A stretch of DNA of 60,124 nucleotides from Desulfobacteraceae bacterium (lineage in GTDB: Bacteria > Desulfobacterota > Desulfobacteria > Desulfobacterales > Desulfosalsimonadaceae), in the NCBI GenBank assembly GCA_021737225.1, contig JAIPEJ010000001.1, positions 1 through 60,124 of the forward strand. The letters are read 5' to 3'. Shown in pieces: positions 29,076 through 39,033 of this stretch. The translations under genes and the position numbers were made by a program. Each line of letters opens with the position of its first letter. Position 1 is the stretch's first letter. Below the pieces are notes generated by a model that was not told the DNA's origin, did no database searches, and was given only the letters and a program-made list of their open reading frames with translations.

Positions 29076-30209
29076 TTAACTAAGAAACAATTTAAGGTAA
29101 CGATCAAATGAGTAGACCCGCCCTCGCTGCTGTCCAGTGATTTCCTTGAGCAGTCCCAGTTGTTGGAACTTACGGATCATGGTGTTGGCCGTGGGCGTGC
29201 TGACTCCCAGCGCATGTTCGATATCGCCTGCTGAAACAACCGGCTTGCGATAAAGCAAATTCAGCATCTGCCGCGCATTTGCGGCACGTCTGCCCAATTC
29301 CATGACGGAATGTTCGGCCTCGTTACGCAGCACCAGGATTTCCCGGAAGACATCTCGTCCCTTCACAGCGGTTTCCGCCACCCCCTGCAGAAAGAAACAC
29401 ACCCAGTGGATGAGATCATTTGCCACCCGGACCCGCATTAGGGCATCGTAGTAGCTCGCCCGATTCCGCTCGAAAAAATCAGACAGATAAAGCGAGGGTT
29501 TTGCCAGCAGGCCATGGCTTACCAGGTACACCGGGATCATCAGACGGCCGATGCGGCCGTTGCCGTCCAGAAACGGATGGATGGTTTCAAACTGGTAATG
29601 ACTAATGGCCAGCCGGATCAGGTGCGGCACGGTTATTTTTTCATTGTGCCAGAATGCCTCCAGGTCACCCATCAAGTCGGGCACCCCGTCCGGATGCGGT
29701 GGAATGAAAACTGCATCTGCAAGGCTTGAGCCGCCGATCCAGTTCTGGCTGGTTCGAAAGCTTCCCGGCTGCTTGTGCTCGCCCCGGACCCCGCGCATCA
29801 GGATTTCATGAGCTTGCTTGAGCAGCCGGTTGGACAATGGCAGTCTTTCCAGCTCGGCGATGGCAGTGTTCACCGCTTCGATATAATTGCGCACCTCCCG
29901 CCAGTCGTCGCGTTTTTCAGGCTCGATCTGCTCCTCGGACATCACGGCCTCATCAATGCCGGTCCAGGTCCCCTCGATCCGGCTTGAGGTCTGCGCCTCC
30001 TTGACCACGTGCATTTGAATGAACAGGTCAATGTCTGGCACGATCAGCGAAAAGGCGTTCAACTCGCCCAGCGCCCTGTTGGCCTCCGCCAGCAGGGTGT
30101 TGATGGCGGAATTTTCCCACACCCATTCATGATTGACTATCGCCGGCTCAAAGCTCTTGTATTGATAGCACTGCTGCCAGACACCGGCCTGAAAGGTTTC
30201 AAATTTCAT
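29076..30209 (-). CDS. Fic family protein with C-terminal wHTH
   Basis: SSRIEG inhibitory-type motif, HPFLDGNGRIGR; ATG 30209. Confidence 0.95.
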   Translation of the reverse strand: MKFETFQAGVWQQCYQYKSFEPAIVNHEWVWENSAINTLLAEANRALGELNAFSLIVPDIDLFIQMHVVKEAQTSSRIEGTWTGIDEAVMSEEQIEPEKRDDWREVRNYIEAVNTAIAELERLPLSNRLLKQAHEILMRGVRGEHKQPGSFRTSQNWIGGSSLADAVFIPPHPDGVPDLMGDLEAFWHNEKITVPHLIRLAISHYQFETIHPFLDGNGRIGRLMIPVYLVSHGLLAKPSLYLSDFFERNRASYYDALMRVRVANDLIHWVCFFLQGVAETAVKGRDVFREILVLRNEAEHSVMELGRRAANARQMLNLLYRKPVVSAGDIEHALGVSTPTANTMIRKFQQLGLLKEITGQQRGRVYSFDRYLKLFLS

Positions 30210-30302
30210 GGTATTCAAGCTGCTTCGGGCCTTAATTTTTCCTAATCGCTCTGAATCAAAGTTTTTATTTAAATTACAGGAAAATTCTCAGCGAGGTTTC
30301 AT

Positions 30303-30790
30303 TCACATCATGTCTCCGGGGTTGTAATGCCCAGCTTTTTCATTTTCCGCCACAGGGTGCTCCGGCTGATGCCGAGCGCCTGTCGGCCTTTTCCCGGTCT
30401 GCACCGGTAAACGCTGCTTTGACATGGCCGAAAAGTTCGGACTCGATAAGCCCTTCCAGCATTGCCGCACAATTGACCGCAACAAACGGGCCCTTGCTTT
30501 TTCGGCTCAGGTTGTAAATGGCCCGGACCACCAGCTCTTTTCCGGTGCCGGTGGGGCCCTGGATTAAAACCGCACTGTCACTTTCTGCAATATCCGGCAA
30601 AAAAGACAGGATTTTCTGCATTTGCGGGCTCTTGCCTACAATGTCTTCTTTTACATACTGCCTGTCAATCTGGCGCCGGAACTCCTGTATATCCGAAAGA
30701 TCCCGGAAGGTCTCCACGCCCCCAATAACCCGGCCCTTGGCGTCGCAAAGCAGATTGGTGCTGAGACTGAATCACGGAGGTGATATCGCA
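30303..30790 (-). pseudogene. PAS/sigma54-dependent activator pseudogene with internal deletion
   Basis: GGVETFRD (PAS end), GPTGTGKEL, ESELFGHVKAAFTGA, then an abrupt out-of-frame jump to the Fis HTH (ALGISRSTLWRKMKKLGIT). Confidence 0.85.
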
Positions 30791-31137
30791 AAATGTGCCC
30801 GGGCTGTTTTCCTGAAAATCACCGTCGGTTTTTCCTGTGAACTTTTTCATATGAAGCCTGCCAGACAATAAGCCTGTCATCATTGAAAGCCTGCAGAAAC
30901 AAAATTACAAACCGAAAAAACAGCATATTTTAAAAATCTCGGCATGTCAAAACAACTGCCGCAATTTTTCAAAAACATTTCAGCCCGCCTGCAATATATT
31001 TCGATTGTTTTTATAGAATTTTTGTATGAAAATATAACTATTTATAGAAATTAAAAATTTGACCCAACCCATATTCCCGGCCTATAAACCGCTCCATTGT
31101 CTGTAAAACATATCAACATCCGGAAAGGAGACGGTTT

Positions 31138-32322
31138 ATGCACAGCAAAGCACCCGCGGAACCCCTGATGAATGACGGACTTGACAAAGAACCCCCGGCA
31201 AAGCGGGCACTGCAGTACGTGTTGCAGAAAAAGGAACAAGGATGGCCGGTTGCCGGCATCTATTGCGGCTATGCCCCCATCGAGCTGATGCAGGCCATGG
31301 GAATCGTGCCGGCCCTGCTGTGTGCCTTTTCCAGGGTGCCCATCGAATCGGCCGAAGAAGTGCTGCCGGCAAATCTTTGCCCGCTGATCAAGTCGAGCTA
31401 CGGTTTTATCCGCGAAGGCACCTGCCCGTTTTTCACTGCGGCAGACGTGGTGGTGGCAGAGACCACCTGCGACGGCAAGAAAAAGATGTTCGAGCAAATC
31501 TCGGGGCTGCGCCCCTTGCATGTCATGGACCTGCCCCAGATGCCGGAAGAAGATGAGGCAAAAGCCGCATGGCGGCGGATGATTGTCAAGCTCAGGGATT
31601 TTCTGGAGCAGCAGACCGGCCGGTCAGCCGCGGATTCAGAAATCGAGAAGGCGATTTCCTGGTCCAACCGGAAAAACCGGCTGGCCCGGAAAATATTTGA
31701 ATATGCAGCGCTTCACCCGCCGGTGATCAGCTGGAAGGAAATCTACGACATCTCCTTTCTGGCCATGCCGTCCACCGGCCAGGACGTAATCCCGCTGCTG
31801 GAAGAAAAAATTGAAAAACTGGAGAAAAGAAGGCAAAACGGGCAATACTTCGGCAGCCCGGAGGCACCGCGCGTGCTGGTTACCGGATGCCCGGTCGGCG
31901 GGGATGCCGCCAAAATCTTCCGCATCATCGAGGAAGCCGGCGGGATCGTTGTGGCACCGGATTCCTGCACCGGCACCAAGATATTCAGCCATGACATAGA
32001 GGAAAACACCGGCGACCCCATCGGCGCCATAGCGGCCCGGTATCTCAAACTTCCGTGCGCCTGCATGACCCCCAATAGCGGGCGCATGGAGGCGCTGTCC
32101 GGACTGATCGAAACCTACCGGCCGGATGCTGTGATTGACTTTATCCTGCAAGCGTGCCATGGCTACAATGTGGAATCCCGCAGGGTCGCAGATCATGTAA
32201 CCCAGAACCACGGCCTTTCATTTCTGAAGGTGGAAACCGATTACTCGGATGCGGATGTCGGCCAGCTCAAAACCCGGATCGAGGCCCTTTTTGAAACGCT
32301 GCCGAAAACGGCTGCCTGCTGA
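31138..32322 (+). CDS. 2-hydroxyacyl-CoA dehydratase family / double-cubane-cluster reductase-like protein
   Basis: YCGYAP.EL, LPANLCPLIKSSYG, ETTCDGKKKM, TGCP, SCTG, PCACM, ACH.Y, KVETDYS..D.GQL.TR.EA. Confidence 0.88.
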   Translation: MHSKAPAEPLMNDGLDKEPPAKRALQYVLQKKEQGWPVAGIYCGYAPIELMQAMGIVPALLCAFSRVPIESAEEVLPANLCPLIKSSYGFIREGTCPFFTAADVVVAETTCDGKKKMFEQISGLRPLHVMDLPQMPEEDEAKAAWRRMIVKLRDFLEQQTGRSAADSEIEKAISWSNRKNRLARKIFEYAALHPPVISWKEIYDISFLAMPSTGQDVIPLLEEKIEKLEKRRQNGQYFGSPEAPRVLVTGCPVGGDAAKIFRIIEEAGGIVVAPDSCTGTKIFSHDIEENTGDPIGAIAARYLKLPCACMTPNSGRMEALSGLIETYRPDAVIDFILQACHGYNVESRRVADHVTQNHGLSFLKVETDYSDADVGQLKTRIEALFETLPKTAAC

Positions 32323-32346
32323 CAGACAGCCAAGGAGTTTAACAGG

Positions 32347-33720
<1,374 letters not shown>

Positions 33721-33898
33721 TTCGAGCAGGTCAAAAGCAGACTGGTTTACGATGCCAATCATGGGGCCGCATACGTTTTTGATCAAGAGATGCTACCAAA
33801 CGCAGGAGACCGGGGTTTTGCGGTAAAAAATTTTTCAGAAACGGCTTGAAATTTCTTACTATAAAGAGAGGAATTACAGAAGACAACAGGAGATCAGA

Positions 33899-34126
33899 AC
33901 GCACGCAACCCTGACAAGCAAAGGACAGATTACCCTGCCGAAAGATTTAAGAGAAAATTTGGGCCTTACAGCCGGAGACCGGGTGGGGTTTATAATCGAA
34001 GATGACCATGGCGTACGGCTGGTGGCAAGGCATAAACCGGTCAGCCGGCTCAAGGGTATGCTGCCCAGGCCCCAAAAGACAGTATCGCTTGATGAAATGG
34101 ACCGGGTTATCCAGATACACCTTTGA
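33899..34126 (+). pseudogene. AbrB/MazE/SpoVT antitoxin with ACG in place of start codon
   Basis: AGGAG RBS then ACG-HATLTSKGQITLPKDLRENLGLTAGDRVGF...VSLDEMD; no toxin gene follows. Not in ORF track. Confidence 0.75.
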
Positions 34127-34213
34127 CCATAAACTTGCCAAACACAAATGGGCGCGCATCCCTGGCTTGAGTGAAAAATAGGCAAGGCCATTCACCCATT
34201 GATTCCGCCTTAT

Positions 34214-35176
34214 TCATGATGACCGGGCAGCCAGTTTCTGCCGGTTCACGATAAACGGGCCGCTTTTTTCATCTGTCCATACGGCTATGCTTTCAGAAAA
34301 GGGCAGGCAAACGGCGTCGCGGACAAAAACCGGATTTCCGTCATCATCGGTCAGCCACAGCATTTTTGGCTTTTGCAGCTCCTTTGCGGCCCGGCGGGCG
34401 CATTCCAGAACCCCCACGCCGGATTTGTACCCGGCTATCAAGAGCCGGCTGTTGTCAAAGGATATCTCAATATCCGGCCCCTTGAGGTTATCGAGCGACC
34501 CCTGCCAGAGTTCAATTTCGTCCAGAGGCCTGAAAGCATCATTCTTGTCATAAATCTGCACGGATTGATATGCGCCCGCCTGGTGAAAGCCTTTACACAA
34601 AAGCGCCAGATGGTCCGGTCCTGCCACCGCCCTGTCCACCGAGGCATTGATCCCTTCCATGAGCTCAAAAACGCCTGATGTAGCCGGTTTTGCCGGATCG
34701 GACAGGTCATAGACCACAAGCCATTTGGGCATGATCAGATCATCGATGGCCAGAAGAATGTCGCCGTCGATGACCAGCTCGTCAAAAGCCTTGTCTTTCA
34801 CTTTATCCGGGACTTCCACCGGGTTAAATTGCGGCCGGGAATCATTCAGGTCAAAAAATCCCAGCACGTGTTCTCCCAGGTGCCCGGTTACAAACAGCAG
34901 GTTCTTTGATATAGCCGCACTTCCGACTGCCTGGCCTTCAGGCAGAAAAATATGGTGAAAGGGGGTCAGCCCTCCCCCGGAATCAATCTTTTGCACCCGC
35001 ACCGAAGCGCCCAGGCCGGCGTCAGCCAGATTCGGATCTGCGGGAATGCCGCAGATGGCGGCCAAAATCCCGACATGGTTATCCAGATACGCCATTTGCC
35101 CGACATCGGCCACCGGCACGACGGTGCTTCCGTCAACCCGGTAAATGCTGCCCCTGTGCAGAAACATGGGATTCAA
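34214..35176 (-). CDS. hypothetical protein, possible beta-propeller
   Basis: Repeated beta-strand motifs (LGFFDLND, LVVYDLSDPAKP, VQIYD); TTG start overlaps upstream TGA (alternative ATG 35167). Confidence 0.65.
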   Translation of the reverse strand: MNPMFLHRGSIYRVDGSTVVPVADVGQMAYLDNHVGILAAICGIPADPNLADAGLGASVRVQKIDSGGGLTPFHHIFLPEGQAVGSAAISKNLLFVTGHLGEHVLGFFDLNDSRPQFNPVEVPDKVKDKAFDELVIDGDILLAIDDLIMPKWLVVYDLSDPAKPATSGVFELMEGINASVDRAVAGPDHLALLCKGFHQAGAYQSVQIYDKNDAFRPLDEIELWQGSLDNLKGPDIEISFDNSRLLIAGYKSGVGVLECARRAAKELQKPKMLWLTDDDGNPVFVRDAVCLPFSESIAVWTDEKSGPFIVNRQKLAARSS

Positions 35177-36506
35177 AACCTCACCCCGATTGTTTCAAAC
35201 ATCATGTCCAGATAGGTTTTGCCGCTGATGCGGCCGTCAATCAGACTTCCGTTTTCCCGGCTCTCGGACCAGTCCAGGCGTAGCACGTTTTTGCCCCGCA
35301 TGGCGTCAATGACTTCAAGCGCTTTTTCATCCGGGGGAATGCCTTCTCCGGAGGTGCCCAAAGGAGACGAATCCCTGAGCAGAATAAACGAATGCACGAA
35401 AAATTTTCTGCCGTGCACCTGGGTCAGTTTTTCGGCCAGCTCATCGAGATGCCCGCTGACCGCGATATTGACCTTTTCATTGTCCTCCAGGTTTCCGCTT
35501 TTAACCGGAGCTGGGATATGGCCTTGATCTGGCCGCCCTGGACCTGGTCGTGGGTGTCTGTCAGGTCGTTGAAAAGGGGCTTGCCGGGATTCTTCTGCTT
35601 TGCCTCCGGCTTTTTGTGCAGATACGGGGCAAGCTCCGTGTTGTCGGCAAACACGGTCTGCCAGATGCGCTGATAGATTTCGGTCTTGGGCGTGGATTCC
35701 GGGGCCAGGGAAAACAGGACCTGCCAGACGGTCTGACTTGATCCGTCCGGGGCTTTTTCCTGTGTTTGCCGGATATCTTCGAGCCGGTAATGCTTGTTGG
35801 TGGTTTCCTTGACGTTGTTGCGGGCGGTGGATTCGTCGTGCTGCGCGCCGGACTGCATGCGGAACTCCAACCGGGCCCCGTTTACCTCGCAGCGCACGCT
35901 TCTAAACCCGTTGCCCGTCTTGATGTAGTAGGAATCCTTGTGCTTCCAGTGAAACATGGTGTCTGCGCCGTCATATCCGGCTTCATAAGGCACCTGGAAG
36001 GCATGGGCCGCGCGGGTGTTGTAGCCGAAATCGCCGTTGCTGTAATACAGGCCGAAAAAATTGAGCAAATGATTGTAGACCCGGGCTTCGAGATCCGGCA
36101 GGGAGAGTTTTTGCGCCTGGGCCAGGGTTTCCAGATGGTGTTCGGCCTGTTTGCGGTCCGGCTCTTCGGCAAGTTCCAGCAGTTTTGCAAACCCCTGCCG
36201 GGCGGCCGCGTCATTGGGGTTTTCCGCCAGGGGCTGCCACAGCTTTTCCCCCTGCTTGCCGAATTGTGCGGCAAAGGCGGAAAGCCAGTTGCGGGCCGTT
36301 TCTGCCGAGATCTGCTGCACGCCTGCCAGGGCGTCTTTTACCACTGCCTGGAGGGAATCTTTTCCTTCACCGTCAATAAAGGCGCTGATAAAATGCTGCT
36401 TGAGCCGGATGATCCGGTATATCCCGAAATCCAGATCATGGTCGTCAAACTGGAACATCTCCTTTAAAAACGCCTGGAGCTGAGAAAAAGCCGTTTGTGA
36501 AGTCAT
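35173..36506 (-). pseudogene. type III restriction-modification remnant: Mod N-terminus fused out of frame to a probable Res C-terminus
   Basis: EMFQFD..DLDFGIYRI, VYNHL.NFF..YY..GDF, HW..KD.YYIKT (Mod N-terminus); no DPPY motif; near 35490 the reading shifts to NLEDNEKV..LDELAEKL..VHSFILL. Confidence 0.75.
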
Positions 36507-36526
36507 GGTGGACCCTGGAATTTCAT

Positions 36527-36868
36527 TTACTCTAAATTTTTGGTGAGATTGCGGCAGGCAGATTCCAAAACCGGGAGTTTATTTTGCACGATATCCCAGA
36601 CAATGGCCAGGTTAACGCCAAAATACTCGTGGATCAAAATATTGCGCAAACCTCTGATCTTGCGCCAATCAACATCGGGAGTAGATTCCTGAACATGTTG
36701 AGGCAGGCTCCTTGCCGCCTCACCTATTATTTCGAGATTCCGGATAACGGCATCCTGGGTTTTTCTGTCTTTTTTAAAGGCAGTTTCATCCAGTCCTTCT
36801 GTGTAAATCCTGATTTGATCAACCGCATCCAGAATATCGTCTATATAAAGCCGAAAATCTCTATACAT
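36527..36868 (-). CDS. HepT-like (DUF86) HEPN ribonuclease toxin
   Basis: DAVIRNLEIIGEA, RNILIHEY (RX4HXY). Confidence 0.93.
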   Translation of the reverse strand: MYRDFRLYIDDILDAVDQIRIYTEGLDETAFKKDRKTQDAVIRNLEIIGEAARSLPQHVQESTPDVDWRKIRGLRNILIHEYFGVNLAIVWDIVQNKLPVLESACRNLTKNLE

Positions 36869-37151
36869 AGGCTACCTCGCTGGAGATAACCGGCTTGAGG
36901 CGGGGTTTTAAGGAATCGGCCAGTACAAGATCCACCGGCCGGCCAAGGGAGTCTTCCAGAAAAAACTTCAGGTCCATGTAATGGTCAAAGGTGGGCTGGT
37001 CCAGTTCCACCAGTATATCCACGTCACTGCCTGCCTCATCGGTCCCAAGGACCACTGAGCCGAAAAGACCGATCCGGCTTACGGAAAAGCGTTCTTCAAG
37101 CTCTTTTTTGTGCTTTCTGAGAAAAAACAGGATTTCTTCTTTTCCGCCCAT
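36861..37151 (-). CDS. MNT minimal nucleotidyltransferase antitoxin
   Basis: LFGS........SDVDILV, VDLV; ATG 37151; overlaps the HEPN start. Confidence 0.92.
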   Translation of the reverse strand: MGGKEEILFFLRKHKKELEERFSVSRIGLFGSVVLGTDEAGSDVDILVELDQPTFDHYMDLKFFLEDSLGRPVDLVLADSLKPRLKPVISSEVAYV

Positions 37152-37220
37152 TTTTGGCCTCCCTGTCTGGATATCGATGTATGTACCATATCCCTGATTT
37201 TCTTTAAACCACAAAAGCGC

Positions 37221-38996
37221 CTAAGATTTATCAGAGTTCAGAAAGGCCCTTACTTCCTGATATTGCTTTCGAAACCATGCGGCATAATGGCGAAGCTGGA
37301 CACCTCGCCGGGAGGCGTGAGTGAACCAGAAGGCCACGGCATCTTTTCCCATGCCAAGGTGTAACGCATAATAGGCCATCCCGATCATCTGGCTCTGAAA
37401 CTCCGGTCTTTCAAATCTTTTCAAAAGAAGCACCTCGGCCGCCTTATATGCACTTACCGCGCGATGAATGAAATCCTGATGGAAACGAGCACCCAATCCC
37501 CGCCGATACGCCACAAACTCATCGCAAATTATAAGGCAGGCATCTATTTCTGCACGATCATACAGCTTATCCCGCCACAGCCGGACCATCTCTTCCAGAT
37601 TGTCAAACATTTTCCCGAAATTGGCTGCTGAAAAATTACCGTTCAACTCCATCTCCAGCTTAAATATATTATGCCGGCGCTTCATCCATTGTTCCCGTAC
37701 CAGCGGGAGGGCGGGAGGAGCTTCTTGTAACTCACGATCTATAACGGTATGAAATGCAAGCAGCCTTCTTACAACGGAAGTATAGAATTCATGCAGCGAA
37801 TATGGGTCTATCCGGCTTCTGCCTGCATGACAATCCTCGAGTTCAAACACCAGATCGTTGGCAATCTCCAACAGTGCAGCTATCTTCTCCTTACCCCCCA
37901 GTCGTTCCGCATCCTCCACCAGTTTTTTGATAACTCCCAAATAATCCGAAACAGGCTCTTGGTCATTTCTTCTTATGCGAAGCTGGCTTACACGTAAAGA
38001 TATCCGCTGACTTTCAGTCAGTGCTTTTGCCAATAATTCATCAATATGGCCGTGGGCCTGCCTGATCATATCCCGGTCGTTTAATTCCCGTGCCAGCAAC
38101 AAATAATCATTGGTGTAATTCAGGTATTGTCGGATATTATCGCGATCAGTCGCCTCATAATAATCGTTAATTACCTTTGTTGCCTCTGATCTGCGGCCTT
38201 CACGAGCCAGATTGATACACAGGTTGTGATAGACGAGGGGGAAGCAGCACGGAATGGGGTTGTCTTTTAAAAGCACAGCGGCTTTGGACAGATAAGAAAC
38301 CTGCTCCTGGACATTGCCAGACACTCCTTCAAGGCGACCCAGGTTGTTGTAGAGTAAAATCTGCTCGCGTGCGTCTTGAAGATCAGTCATGGCGGTCTCC
38401 AGGTAAGACTTTGCACCGGGGAAATCCTCCTGGAACTCCCGCCAATAACTTTTTAAAAGGGCTCTTCCCGCCAAATCGCCATGATCCGTTAAATTCCCCA
38501 TATTTTTGCCGAAAAGGGACATGAAATCCCGGCGGTTGCCAGCATTGAAATATAAAAAGCCCTTTTGCTGCCTGTGCTTTGCCGTTTCCCGCGGAAGAAG
38601 ATAATGCCCGCTGATCTCATTCAGTGCTGAATACGCGCCGACCCAGTCATTTTCATGAAAACAGCATTTAGACAACAGGATGCCGCGCTCGACCTCAAAT
38701 GGAATCCCATTTATTAACGCTCTTGTTTTTAAAAACTTTCTTGCTTTTTCAATTTCCAGGCGTTCCAGGCACTCTTTTGCCCGCTTGATTTTTCGCTTTT
38801 CGTGGGGCAACAGCCAAGTTGCCCTGACAATCGTCCCGCAAAAAATAATCAACAATACAAATCCGGCCCATCCCGCTCCGGAAACAGGTGCAGCCTGCAA
38901 TAATGCCCCTGCCGCAAAAATAATTATCGGGCTTCGAAAACGACGACTGGTAAACCACCGGGGCTGTTCATCAAGCAGCTTTATCCAATCAAGCAT
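37221..38996 (-). CDS. membrane-anchored TPR-like helical-repeat hypothetical protein
   Basis: Two N-terminal TMs; LYNNLGRL, VYHNLC TPR-like helices; visibly more AT-rich than flanks. Confidence 0.7.
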   Translation of the reverse strand: MLDWIKLLDEQPRWFTSRRFRSPIIIFAAGALLQAAPVSGAGWAGFVLLIIFCGTIVRATWLLPHEKRKIKRAKECLERLEIEKARKFLKTRALINGIPFEVERGILLSKCCFHENDWVGAYSALNEISGHYLLPRETAKHRQQKGFLYFNAGNRRDFMSLFGKNMGNLTDHGDLAGRALLKSYWREFQEDFPGAKSYLETAMTDLQDAREQILLYNNLGRLEGVSGNVQEQVSYLSKAAVLLKDNPIPCCFPLVYHNLCINLAREGRRSEATKVINDYYEATDRDNIRQYLNYTNDYLLLARELNDRDMIRQAHGHIDELLAKALTESQRISLRVSQLRIRRNDQEPVSDYLGVIKKLVEDAERLGGKEKIAALLEIANDLVFELEDCHAGRSRIDPYSLHEFYTSVVRRLLAFHTVIDRELQEAPPALPLVREQWMKRRHNIFKLEMELNGNFSAANFGKMFDNLEEMVRLWRDKLYDRAEIDACLIICDEFVAYRRGLGARFHQDFIHRAVSAYKAAEVLLLKRFERPEFQSQMIGMAYYALHLGMGKDAVAFWFTHASRRGVQLRHYAAWFRKQYQEVRAFLNSDKS

Positions 38997-39033
38997 TTAA
39001 AACCTCCCCGGGATCAAAAATCAAATTTTTATT

